Source: Thermotogota bacterium (GTDB lineage Bacteria > Thermotogota > Thermotogae > Petrotogales > Kosmotogaceae). From it: DNA of 22,377 nucleotides. The stretch is from the NCBI GenBank assembly GCA_034660555.1, contig JAYEJL010000019.1, positions 1 through 22,377 of the forward strand, read 5' to 3'. The notes beneath the pieces were generated by a model. That model made no database searches. It had not been told where the DNA came from and saw only the letters and a list, made by a program, of their open reading frames with translations. Both the position numbers and the translations under genes were made by a program. This document shows, one piece after another, positions 1 to 8,313 of the stretch (position 1 is its first letter; each line of letters opens with the position of its first letter).

Positions 1-484
1 CAATTTCCTGTGCGCTTTCAGCAGGAACGGTAATAACACCAACATCTATTTTATAATCATTTGCAAAATCATTCAATTCATTAATATCTTTTATGATCAA
101 TTTGCTATTTGCTCTTTTTCCTATTTTGTTCCTATCTTTATCAAACACACCTTTTATAATAAAACCGCTCTCTTCAAGTGCTTCAAAATTGCATATTGCT
201 TTACCCAGATTTCCAGCACCTACAATAACAACGTTCCAGGACTTTTTTATTCCCAAAATTTCTCCAATGCTGTCTAATAATTTTACAGTGTTGTAACCAA
301 CGCCTCTTTTTCCAAATTCCCCGAAATATGATAGATCTTTTCTTACCTGACTTGCTTTAATACCAAGGCGATCGCCGAATTCCTTTGAAGAAATATTCAT
401 TTGTTTTTCATGTAATAGTTTTTCAAGGCATCTATAATAAATTGCCAATCTTCTGATGGTTGGTTTCGGAATTTTCAATTTCAT
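1..484 (-). CDS. rex: Redox-sensing transcriptional repressor Rex (partial, 3' end outside window)
   Basis: Manual translation from ATG at 484 (SD GGAGG just upstream): [20 protein letters not shown]...[33 protein letters not shown]...[13 protein letters not shown]...VFD. This has the Rex winged-helix signature and the Rossmann GxGxxG. Missing from the ORF track because it has no stop in the window. Confidence 0.96.
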   Translation of the reverse strand, partial: MKLKIPKPTIRRLAIYYRCLEKLLHEKQMNISSKEFGDRLGIKASQVRKDLSYFGEFGKRGVGYNTVKLLDSIGEILGIKKSWNVVIVGAGNLGKAICNFEALEESGFIIKGVFDKDRNKIGKRANSKLIIKDINELNDFANDYKIDVGVITVPAESAQEI

Positions 485-531
485 TACCTCCAGAGAATCA
501 TGGTTTTCTTTTTAATGTTATTATGCTTACT

Positions 532-550
532 TTGTGAAATTATATCACAT
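532..550. promoter_or_regulatory. Rex-operator-like inverted repeat overlapping the extended -10 (TGaTATAAT, minus strand 547-539) of rex
   Basis: TTGTGAAATTATATCACAT = TGTGA-N7-TCACA; the canonical Rex box is TTGTGAA-N4-TTCACAA (TGTGA-N6-TCACA). Lies ~50 nt upstream of the rex start. Confidence 0.6.
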
Positions 551-607
551 TTTTTGTAAGCAGCTACTGATGGCACTTATTGGTTGAAGCTATTTGTTGA
601 TGATAAA

Positions 608-636
608 ATGAAATGTACACTGTACCATGATATAAT
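608..636 (+). promoter_or_regulatory. Sigma70-type promoter candidate for the DUF4416-rimO-pgsA-thpR-recA-recX-rny run
   Basis: Extended -10 TGaTATAAT at 628-636, with weak -35 ATGAAA at 608-613 (17-bp spacer). Confidence 0.6.
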
Positions 637-708
637 TTTAAAGGCTAATGGTAATATTAACGCTTAAATTAATTAGTATCATCTATGTTACATTTATGAG
701 GTGTTTAT

Positions 709-1248
709 ATGAGCAATGTGCGTAATGCAGAGATGGTTAACCTTGTGATATTCGTTTTTTCATCATATATAGATTACAGATTTAAAGAAATACAACCTAT
801 ACTGGAAAAAAAGTTTGGCCCCATAGATTATATTTCAAAGACACTGGATTTTGATAAATATACATTATATTACAATGAAGAAATGGGGAACAAACTTCAG
901 GGTAAACTTTTGAGTTTTAAGCGATTGATACACCCTTCTGAATTGGCAGAAATCAAACTCACGACAAATGAAGTGGAACAAGAATTTCAGGTGGATGGGA
1001 AAAGGAAAATCAACATTGATCCCGGATTTATTCATCATGCGCAGTTTGTTCTTGCGTCGACGAAACACTGGGCAAATCGAATTTATATTGGCAGAGGCAT
1101 ATATGGTGAGGTAACGTTGATGTTCGTACATGGTGAATTCAAAGAGCTTGATTATACCTATCCTAATTATAAAGACAGGGTTTATAAAGAAGAACTTACA
1201 AGTATAAGAGATTTGTATTTACAGAAAAGGAGGGTTTATTATAGATGA
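709..1248 (+). CDS. DUF4416 family protein
   Basis: SD GAGGTG; motifs RKINIDPGF, VLASTK, RIYIGRGIYGEVTL and TYPNY recalled for DUF4416. Confidence 0.8.
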   Translation: MSNVRNAEMVNLVIFVFSSYIDYRFKEIQPILEKKFGPIDYISKTLDFDKYTLYYNEEMGNKLQGKLLSFKRLIHPSELAEIKLTTNEVEQEFQVDGKRKINIDPGFIHHAQFVLASTKHWANRIYIGRGIYGEVTLMFVHGEFKELDYTYPNYKDRVYKEELTSIRDLYLQKRRVYYR

Positions 1249-2543
1249 AAGTAGGTATTAAAACTGTTGGCTGTGCGAAGAATGAAGCTGACATGAAGAA
1301 TCTGGAGGCAATTTTATCAAAAAAAGGAATTGAAATAGTTTATGATTCTGATCTTGCGGATATGATCATTATAGATACCTGTGGATTTATTGAAGAAGCA
1401 AAGATAGAGAGTATAGACATGATCCTTGGATTTTGTAATTTAAAGAAGGAAAGGGATTTGAAGATCATACCTATTGGTTGTCTGGTACAGAGATACTATG
1501 ACGAACTTTACAACGATATTCCTGAAGTAGATGGATTAATAGGAGTTACTACTCCTGAAAAGGTTGCAGAATTGATAAATAATGGCACGTATTATTATCG
1601 ATCGGAACCTGATGCTGTTTATGAAGAATGTAGCAGAATTGATAGTAAGCCATATGCTTATGTAAAAATCGGGGATGGTTGCGACAGACAATGCTCATTT
1701 TGCTCAATACCGCTTTTTAAAGGTAAGTCAAGAAGCAGAACTGTTGAAAGCATTGAGGAAGAAGTAAGACAGTTAGTTCAAAACGGAACAAAAGAGATTG
1801 TTTTGGTTTCTCAGGATACTACCCAATATGGAGTTGATATTTATGGAAACAAAAGTTTACCCCTTTTAATTAAAAGACTTGGGGAAATTCGTGGTGAATT
1901 CTGGATAAGAGTGCTTTACCTTCATCCTGATCACTTAGATTCAGATATTATTGAATCACTTGGTAAGGGAAACAAAGTATTACCATATTACGATGTTCCT
2001 GTTCAAAGTGGTTCAAATAAAATTCTTGAATATATGGGAAGAACCAGAAAAGTCAAAGAACTAACTCAGCTTTTTTTGGATATTAGATCAAGAATTCCTG
2101 AAAGTGTTTTAAGAACAACGATTATGTTAGGTCATCCTGGAGAAACACAGGACACAGTACAAGAAACATTTGCATTTATTAGAGACATAGAATTTGACCG
2201 ACTGGGCGGATTTGTTTACTCTTCTGAAGAAGGAACAAAGTCTTATGAGCTGCCTATGACCATGTCAAAAGAAAAGGCTAAATCTTATATGGAAGAGTTG
2301 CTGGAGATTCAAGATGAAATTTCTCTGAGGAGAAATAGATTGAAGATAGGTGAAACCTTTGATGTTTTGGTTGAAGAGGATTGGGAAGATAAAAGTTTAG
2401 GCAGAAGCTATCACTTTGCTCCTGAAGTTGATGGTTGTGTTTATTTGAATGAAAAAATCGAACCGGGAAAACTTGTAAAATGCACCATTAAAGATGCATA
2501 TGAGCATGATTTTGAAGGAGAAGTATTAAATGAATTTGCCTAA
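1245..2543 (+). CDS. rimO: Ribosomal protein S12 methylthiotransferase RimO
   Basis: UPF0004 cysteines (GCAKN, DTCGFI, GCLVQRY), radical SAM motif CDRQCSFC, C-terminal TRAM domain with APEVDG; upstream of pgsA. Confidence 0.93.
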   Translation: MKVGIKTVGCAKNEADMKNLEAILSKKGIEIVYDSDLADMIIIDTCGFIEEAKIESIDMILGFCNLKKERDLKIIPIGCLVQRYYDELYNDIPEVDGLIGVTTPEKVAELINNGTYYYRSEPDAVYEECSRIDSKPYAYVKIGDGCDRQCSFCSIPLFKGKSRSRTVESIEEEVRQLVQNGTKEIVLVSQDTTQYGVDIYGNKSLPLLIKRLGEIRGEFWIRVLYLHPDHLDSDIIESLGKGNKVLPYYDVPVQSGSNKILEYMGRTRKVKELTQLFLDIRSRIPESVLRTTIMLGHPGETQDTVQETFAFIRDIEFDRLGGFVYSSEEGTKSYELPMTMSKEKAKSYMEELLEIQDEISLRRNRLKIGETFDVLVEEDWEDKSLGRSYHFAPEVDGCVYLNEKIEPGKLVKCTIKDAYEHDFEGEVLNEFA

Positions 2544-3075
2544 CGCTTTGACCTTATCAAGAATAATCATTACATTTCCAGTTATGTTCTCATTATATTT
2601 TGCACCTAAGGATATCCAATGGGTTATTTTTTCAGCGGTACTTTATTCTATTGCAGCATCAACAGACTTTTTTGATGGATATATAGCCAGGAAAAGGAAT
2701 CAGATAACCAAACTGGGCAAATTCATGGATCAGATATCCGACAAATTTTTGGTAACATCAGTTTTTTTGGTTTTCGCATATCAAGGATACACGAGTTTTT
2801 GGCTTGTTTTTGTTGTGGTATCAAGAGATATTTTGGTTTCAGGTTTGAGAATGCATGCAGCATCTGAGGGGAAAGTGATTGCAGCGAATTATTTTGGCAA
2901 AGCAAAAACTGTACTGCAAATGACCTTTATTTTATTTGTTTATATTGAAATAATTGTAGGATTTGATATGCCAATAATTTTCCAGACATTTCAGTGGGTT
3001 GTTATTTTTGTAACAGCAATTAGTGGCTTGACCTATCTGAAAGACAGCAATGTGCTTTCTGAAGGAGGAAAATAA
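2530..3075 (+). CDS. pgsA: CDP-diacylglycerol--glycerol-3-phosphate 3-phosphatidyltransferase
   Basis: MNLPNALTLSR start, CDP-alcohol phosphotransferase motif DFFDGYIARKRNQITKLGKFMDQISD, GKAKT, several hydrophobic helices. Confidence 0.95.
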   Translation: MNLPNALTLSRIIITFPVMFSLYFAPKDIQWVIFSAVLYSIAASTDFFDGYIARKRNQITKLGKFMDQISDKFLVTSVFLVFAYQGYTSFWLVFVVVSRDILVSGLRMHAASEGKVIAANYFGKAKTVLQMTFILFVYIEIIVGFDMPIIFQTFQWVVIFVTAISGLTYLKDSNVLSEGGK

Positions 3076-3076
3076 T

Positions 3077-3652
3077 TTGAGAACCTTTGTCGCTATAGAT
3101 GTGGGGAAAAAGGTCGAGGATTTGGTTGATTCTATTGGTGAAAAGCTCAGAAGAATGGGGTTTAAAGCTAACTGGATTTCTGGAGCAAACACACATATAA
3201 CTCTGGCATTCTTAGGGGAACTTGAGAGTCAAAAAGTACAGTCAGTTGCTTCGATGATTTCAAAAAGGCTAAGAGGTTTTCCTGCTTTCACTTTAAAGAC
3301 TGAAAAACTTGGTTTTTTTAAGAAGAAAAACCTTCCAAGAGTCATATGGATCGGTCTTGAACATAACGAGTTATTAGCGCAACTATTTAGAGAAACGAAA
3401 ATTGCCTTAGAGGGTTTAGGTTTCAAGATCGATGGTCATTTTCATCCTCATATTACGGTGGGAAGAATGAAGTACAGTCCCGCATACTGGTTGAAATTAC
3501 TAAAAACCATCTCAATAGAGGAAATGGTTTTTCCAGTAAATGAAGTTATAGTATATAAATCAGTTTTGACACCGAAAGGTGCTATATATGAAAAATTATA
3601 TTCATGCGATTTTGAAGGAGGTTTAATAGAACATGAGTCCAAAGAAAGATGA
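3077..3652 (+). CDS. thpR: RNA 2',3'-cyclic phosphodiesterase (2H family, LigT/ThpR)
   Basis: Two HxT motifs (HITL, HITV), RTFVAI N-terminus, PRVIWIG. Start placed at TTG 3077 after SD AAGGAGG (ORF track starts at 3050). Confidence 0.92.
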   Translation: MRTFVAIDVGKKVEDLVDSIGEKLRRMGFKANWISGANTHITLAFLGELESQKVQSVASMISKRLRGFPAFTLKTEKLGFFKKKNLPRVIWIGLEHNELLAQLFRETKIALEGLGFKIDGHFHPHITVGRMKYSPAYWLKLLKTISIEEMVFPVNEVIVYKSVLTPKGAIYEKLYSCDFEGGLIEHESKER

Positions 3653-4706
3653 AAACCTTTCAAAACAAAAAAAGACAGCACTCGACAAAGCAATAAAGCA
3701 AATCGAAAAACAATTTGGTAAAGGTTCAGTTATGTTACTTGGGGAAGATCAAAAAGGTGCAGTTGAAGTTATACCCACAGGATGCCTTGCGCTTGACGTG
3801 GCATTAGGAGTTGGTGGTTATCCTAGAGGAAGAGTTGCTGAGATATATGGACCTGAAGCCAGTGGTAAGACAACAGTGGCATTGCACGCTATTGCAGAGG
3901 CTCAAAGAAATGGCGGTTTAGTTGCTTTTGTTGATGCCGAGCATGCACTGGATGTTACTTACGCTAGAAACCTTGGTATTGACATTGACAATTTGCTGAT
4001 ATCTCAACCGGATTATGGAGAACAGGCTCTGGAAATAGTGGATGGTCTAATAAGATCAAATGCACTGGATATGATTGTGATTGATTCGGTAGCAGCGCTT
4101 GTGCCCAGAGCTGAAATTGAAGGTACTATGGGAGATATGCAAGTTGGTCTTCAGGCCAGATTGATGTCTCAGGCTTTAAGAAAGATAGCGGGAACCGTAA
4201 ACAAATCTAAAACTATCGTCATCTTTATTAATCAAACAAGGATGAAGATAGGGGTTATGTATGGTAACCCTGAAACAACTACTGGAGGAGTTGCACTGAA
4301 GTTTTATTCTTCAGTAAGGCTTGAAATAAGAAGGGGTTCATCGATTAAAGAGGGAGACGAAACCATTGGTAACGAAGTAAACGTAAAGGTTGTAAAAAAT
4401 AAGGTAGCACCACCATTCAAAAAGGTAAAGGTAGATCTTTTGTATGGAAAAGGTATTGTACATGAAAATGAAGTTTTCAATCTTGCGGTTGACGATAACA
4501 TTATTGACCGTAAAGGCGCCTGGTACAACTATATTGACGAAAATGGTAATGAGTTGAGTCTTGGACAGGGAAAAAGTAACGCTATAGAATATCTTAAGGA
4601 AAACCTTGACATCTTGAAAGAGATTGAAAATCGAATAAGAGAAAAAAACAATCTTCCTAAAATTGGAGAAGAGGAGGGAGAAAAGAAAGAAGAGAATAAA
4701 GAGTGA
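3633..4706 (+). CDS. recA: Recombinase RecA
   Basis: Walker [42 protein letters not shown]; 357 aa, no intein. Confidence 0.99.
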   Translation: MSPKKDENLSKQKKTALDKAIKQIEKQFGKGSVMLLGEDQKGAVEVIPTGCLALDVALGVGGYPRGRVAEIYGPEASGKTTVALHAIAEAQRNGGLVAFVDAEHALDVTYARNLGIDIDNLLISQPDYGEQALEIVDGLIRSNALDMIVIDSVAALVPRAEIEGTMGDMQVGLQARLMSQALRKIAGTVNKSKTIVIFINQTRMKIGVMYGNPETTTGGVALKFYSSVRLEIRRGSSIKEGDETIGNEVNVKVVKNKVAPPFKKVKVDLLYGKGIVHENEVFNLAVDDNIIDRKGAWYNYIDENGNELSLGQGKSNAIEYLKENLDILKEIENRIREKNNLPKIGEEEGEKKEENKE

Positions 4707-5164
4707 ATGATCATGAAAAACTGGATAAAGCTTTAAAAAAAGCCCATCATTACCTTAAATATCGAGAAAGATCAAAGTATGAGATTAAAAAAAAGTTGAG
4801 AAGCGAAGGCTTTAACGACCAAGTAATAGAAGATGTGGTTGAAAAACTATCAGAAAAAAATATTTTAAATGATAACCGTTTTACGCGAATGTATATTGAG
4901 GATTCCATAAGAATAAAGAAAAGAGGACCTCATAGAGTAAGAAGGGAACTAAAAAATCTGGGAATTGAAGATTATTTAATAAGCGACGCACTGAAAGAAT
5001 TTCGGGACGATTTTATTGAAACTCTCGGAGTAGTAATAGAGAACTATACACCTGACAAAAGAATGGATGAAAAGGAATTGCTTAAGCTTAAGAGAAAACT
5101 ATATCGAAAGGGTTTTAGCGTCGAAGATATCGAAAGTGAGTTTGAAAAAAAGGGATTAGAATAG
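4703..5164 (+). CDS. recX: Regulatory protein RecX
   Basis: [35 protein letters not shown]; overlaps the recA stop (GTGA). Confidence 0.92.
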   Translation: MNDHEKLDKALKKAHHYLKYRERSKYEIKKKLRSEGFNDQVIEDVVEKLSEKNILNDNRFTRMYIEDSIRIKKRGPHRVRRELKNLGIEDYLISDALKEFRDDFIETLGVVIENYTPDKRMDEKELLKLKRKLYRKGFSVEDIESEFEKKGLE

Positions 5165-5190
5165 TTAGTTCTTTGAAAAATCAGACATGA

Positions 5191-5239
5191 AAGGAGGGAG
5201 CTGGTAAAGATAAATGATATAGACATACCAGCGAAATGA
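5191..5239 (+). promoter_or_regulatory. Structured rny translation-initiation region: SD followed by a 7-bp hairpin
   Basis: AAGGAGG at 5191-5197. GCTGGTA (5200-5206) is the perfect reverse complement of TACCAGC (5226-5232). No SD at normal spacing before ATG 5240. Confidence 0.55.
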
Positions 5240-6775
5240 ATGTTATTAGCTGTCGCAATTATAGTCTCGTTAATTTCAGGAAGCATAATAGGTATATTAA
5301 TTGCTTTACCTTTGGCCAGAAAAAGGGCTGATAGAAAAATTCGAGATGAGCTTAAATTGGCGAAACAGGATGCAGAAACTATCAAAGAAAGAGCAAAACA
5401 AGAAGTAGAACATTTAAAGAAAAAGACAATTATTGAAGGCAGAGAAGAGTTACATCGTTTACGTGAAGAGCAGGAAAAAGAACTAAAAAAAGAACGCGAA
5501 GAAATGAAACAGTGGGAAGATAGATTATCGAGAAAAGAAGATAATCTGGAAAGGAAAGAATCAAATCTAGAGACAAAGATCAAAGAGACTGAAAAAGAAA
5601 AGGAAGAGGCTGAAAAAATAAGGCAATCAGCAGAAAAGAAAATATATGAACTTTCAGAGCTTACACAGGAGCAGGCTAAGGAAATTGTGCTCGAACGAGC
5701 TGAGAGGAAATACGAATATGAAGTCGCGCAACGCTATAAACAAATAAAAGAAGAGTTTGAAGATGAAGCAGATAAGCATGCAAAATGGATTTTGGTAAAT
5801 ACAATACAGCGTTATGCAGCGGACACTACGGGAGACATCACCGTTAGCACAGTCAGTTTGCCTTCTGATGAAATGAAAGGAAGAGTAATTGGTCGTGAAG
5901 GAAGAAATATAAGAGCCTTTGAAAAACTTACAGGAGCAGATCTAATTATTGATGATACACCTGAAGTGGTCGTAGTATCTTGCTTCAACTCTTTGAGAAG
6001 AGCAATTGCTACAAGAGCACTTGAAACGCTTGTAGAGGATGGAAGAATACACCCAACTAGAATTGAAGAAATTTATGAAAAATCAAAAAAAGAAATATAT
6101 ATGGAAATAAAAGAAGCGGGTCAGGATGCATTGATGCAGGTCGGTATACCTTCCATGCATCCTGAACTGGTGAAACTGATAGGAAGGTTGAAGTTTAGAA
6201 CAAGTTACGGACAGAATGTCTTAAAGCACTCTATAGAAGTGGCTCAGATAGCGACATTAATGGCTTCCGAATTGGGATTAAATGTTGAAAGAGTTAAACG
6301 TGGAGCAATGTTGCATGATATTGGAAAAGCTGTCGATCATGAGATAGAAGGCTCTCATGCAGTAATTGGTGGAGATCTTGCAAGGCGATATAACGAAAAA
6401 GAAGATGTGATAAATATGATACAACATCATCATGGAGATGTAGAAGCCCATACCTCTGAAGCTGTCCTTGTTGCTGCTGCTGACGCAGTATCAGCTGCGA
6501 GACCGGGAGCCAGAAGGGAATCGCTTGAAATGTACATAAAACGACTTGAAAATCTTGAAAATATTGCCAACAGCTTTTCCCATGTTGAAAAAGCCTATGC
6601 AATTCAAGCTGGAAGAGAAGTAAGAATAATGGTAGAGCCGGATAAAGTAGACGATGTTCTTGCAGATAAATTGGCTGCTGATGTTTCTGGAAAGATAGAA
6701 GAACAACTGGAATATCCGGGAGTAATAAAAGTAACCGTTATTAGAGAAAAAAGGAGCGTAGCCTACGCAAAGTAA
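5240..6775 (+). CDS. rny: Ribonuclease Y
   Basis: N-terminal TM helix, long coiled coil, KH domain (KGRVIGREGRNIR), HD domain (LHDIGK), ARPGARRES. Confidence 0.98.
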   Translation: MLLAVAIIVSLISGSIIGILIALPLARKRADRKIRDELKLAKQDAETIKERAKQEVEHLKKKTIIEGREELHRLREEQEKELKKEREEMKQWEDRLSRKEDNLERKESNLETKIKETEKEKEEAEKIRQSAEKKIYELSELTQEQAKEIVLERAERKYEYEVAQRYKQIKEEFEDEADKHAKWILVNTIQRYAADTTGDITVSTVSLPSDEMKGRVIGREGRNIRAFEKLTGADLIIDDTPEVVVVSCFNSLRRAIATRALETLVEDGRIHPTRIEEIYEKSKKEIYMEIKEAGQDALMQVGIPSMHPELVKLIGRLKFRTSYGQNVLKHSIEVAQIATLMASELGLNVERVKRGAMLHDIGKAVDHEIEGSHAVIGGDLARRYNEKEDVINMIQHHHGDVEAHTSEAVLVAAADAVSAARPGARRESLEMYIKRLENLENIANSFSHVEKAYAIQAGREVRIMVEPDKVDDVLADKLAADVSGKIEEQLEYPGVIKVTVIREKRSVAYAK

Positions 6776-6780
6776 AAAAA

Positions 6781-6809
6781 TTGACACATTTACATAACTG
6801 AGTTAAAAT
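6781..6809 (+). promoter_or_regulatory. Strong sigma70 promoter for tRNA-Thr
   Basis: TTGACA (6781-6786), 17-bp spacer, TAAAAT (6804-6809); A-tract upstream; 9 nt before the tRNA. Confidence 0.85.
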
Positions 6810-6818
6810 AACTCTGTT

Positions 6819-6894
6819 GCCAACGTAGCTCAACCGGTAGAGCGGCTCATTCGTAATGAGCAGGTTGGGGGTTCAAGTCCCTTCGTTGGCTCCA
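6819..6894 (+). tRNA. tRNA-Thr(CGT)
   Basis: 76-nt cloverleaf: acceptor GCCAACG/CGTTGGC, D stem GCTC/GAGC, anticodon stem GCTCA/TGAGC with loop TT-CGT-AA, T loop TTCAAGT, encoded CCA. Confidence 0.98.
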
Positions 6895-6895
6895 G

Positions 6896-6917
6896 GCGCC
6901 CTTAAGGGCGCTTTGTT
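6896..6917 (+). terminator. Hairpin after the tRNA; probable weak intrinsic terminator
   Basis: GCGCCC-TTAA-GGGCGC followed by an interrupted T tract, TTTGTT. Confidence 0.65.
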
Positions 6918-6932
6918 ATTGGTGGTGATTCA

Positions 6933-8309
6933 ATGCACATGCTGGAAAAGGAAGCGATTGATTTTATAGAAGAATGGGGTCTCATAGAAAAAGGGGACAA
7001 AGTCTTGCTTGCAATATCAGGTGGTAAGGACTCCATGGCAATGCTTGATTTCTTTATAAAACACCATCAGGAACTTGGCTGCACGTTTCATGTGGCGAAT
7101 CTTGATCATATGCTGAGAGGAAACGAAGGGCTTAATGAATCAAAGATGATAAAAGATATTTGTGAGAAGTATGGTGTTCCGTTTCACTTTGAACGAATAG
7201 ATGTCAAAAAGTTCATGAAAAAAAACAAAAGCCTTTCTCCGGAAGAATCCGCGAGAAAGGTACGTAGAAATTTTTTGATTGGAACAAAAGAGAAATTTGG
7301 GCTGGATAAAATTGCAACCGCCCATCATCTAAATGACCTTGCCGAGAATATTATATTACGAATTGTTAGAGGTACAGGACTAAAGGGCGTGCTTGGATTA
7401 AAACCGGCAGAAGATTGTTTTATACGACCTTTCCTTAAATTAAAAGTGCAAGAGATAGAAGATTATGTTACAATCAATATGATCAATTTTAAAACTGACA
7501 AAAGCAACTATCTTAAGGTCTTTGACAGGAATTTTGTTCGGCTTAAAATTATGCCATTATTAAAAGAGCTTAACCCTTCGGTTGAGAATTCGATATGGAG
7601 ATTTTTCCTTAATGTTAAGGAGAGCTATGATTATATTTACGGAAGGGTTGAGGAAATAATAAAAATTATTCACTGGGAAAAGGACAGAGCTGTGGTAAGT
7701 CTAGAAACTTTAAAAAAGCTAGATGATATTGTTTTGTCAGAAGTAATTAGGAGTATAATCACTTATTTTTCTGAAGATAACTATCCTCCTACTCGAGAAC
7801 GAATTAGTGCAGTTCAAAAGCAAATTAAAGCTTCTAAAAAGAACTGGATCATAGAATTTAAGGAATATTTAAGAGTTTTTGGTTACGGTGAACAGGTGTT
7901 TTTTTATGAAGAACCTTTTATAAAAGAACGGAAAGTTTACTCAATTGACAAAATACCATTTTGCAAAGAAATTCCTGGTGGTGTAATAGAGATAACCGAA
8001 GAAAATAATTGGCCGGATAGAATCGATGGTAAGTATATCAGTGTATGTTCTAAAGATTGTGTTATTTTTCCACTCAAACTGAGGAATATGCACTGGAATG
8101 ATGAGATAGTTCCTTTTGATAAATCAACAAAGGAAAAGGTAAGACGGATACTTGTTGAATCTGATTTTAAAGGTTTTTTTGATGAGCAATATGTTCTGGT
8201 AAATGGAGATAATGAAATACTCTGGGTTCCGGGAATAAAGAGCTCTCAAAAGTGTTTAGTAAAAAAAGATTCCGAAAAAGTACTTGTTTTAGCATTTGAA
8301 AGGAGGTAG
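6933..8309 (+). CDS. tilS: tRNA(Ile)-lysidine synthetase
   Basis: PP-loop SGGKDS, DHMLRG, ATAHHLND, RGTGLKG, IRPFL, RNFVR; C-terminal extension ending ILWVPG; upstream of ftsH. Confidence 0.96.
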   Translation: MHMLEKEAIDFIEEWGLIEKGDKVLLAISGGKDSMAMLDFFIKHHQELGCTFHVANLDHMLRGNEGLNESKMIKDICEKYGVPFHFERIDVKKFMKKNKSLSPEESARKVRRNFLIGTKEKFGLDKIATAHHLNDLAENIILRIVRGTGLKGVLGLKPAEDCFIRPFLKLKVQEIEDYVTINMINFKTDKSNYLKVFDRNFVRLKIMPLLKELNPSVENSIWRFFLNVKESYDYIYGRVEEIIKIIHWEKDRAVVSLETLKKLDDIVLSEVIRSIITYFSEDNYPPTRERISAVQKQIKASKKNWIIEFKEYLRVFGYGEQVFFYEEPFIKERKVYSIDKIPFCKEIPGGVIEITEENNWPDRIDGKYISVCSKDCVIFPLKLRNMHWNDEIVPFDKSTKEKVRRILVESDFKGFFDEQYVLVNGDNEILWVPGIKSSQKCLVKKDSEKVLVLAFERR

Positions 8310-8313
8310 TTCG

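Noticed and set aside
93..296. 67-aa plus-strand ORF
   Set aside because: Antisense shadow of rex, which has clear family motifs on the minus strand.
614..626. TGTAC direct repeat as a DrrA/WalR box
   Set aside because: Period is 7 bp; OmpR-family boxes need about 10-11 bp.
1319..1326. A8 homopolymer in rimO, and similar runs in recX and tilS, as phase-variation or frameshift sites
   Set aside because: Frames are intact, and Lys-codon A runs are expected in AT-rich DNA.
3050..3076. ORF-track N-terminal extensions for thpR (also ftsH 8296, thioesterase 10259, drrA 12123, 20169 ORF)
   Set aside because: They overlap upstream genes or contain the SD itself; downstream starts fit better.
5044..5583. 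179-aa minus-strand ORF
   Set aside because: Ser/Phe/Leu-rich mirror of the Glu/Lys coiled coil of rny; no motif.
6819..6894. tRNA-Thr as an integration site
   Set aside because: No integrase, no duplicated tRNA 3' end noticed in the window, and core genes on both sides.
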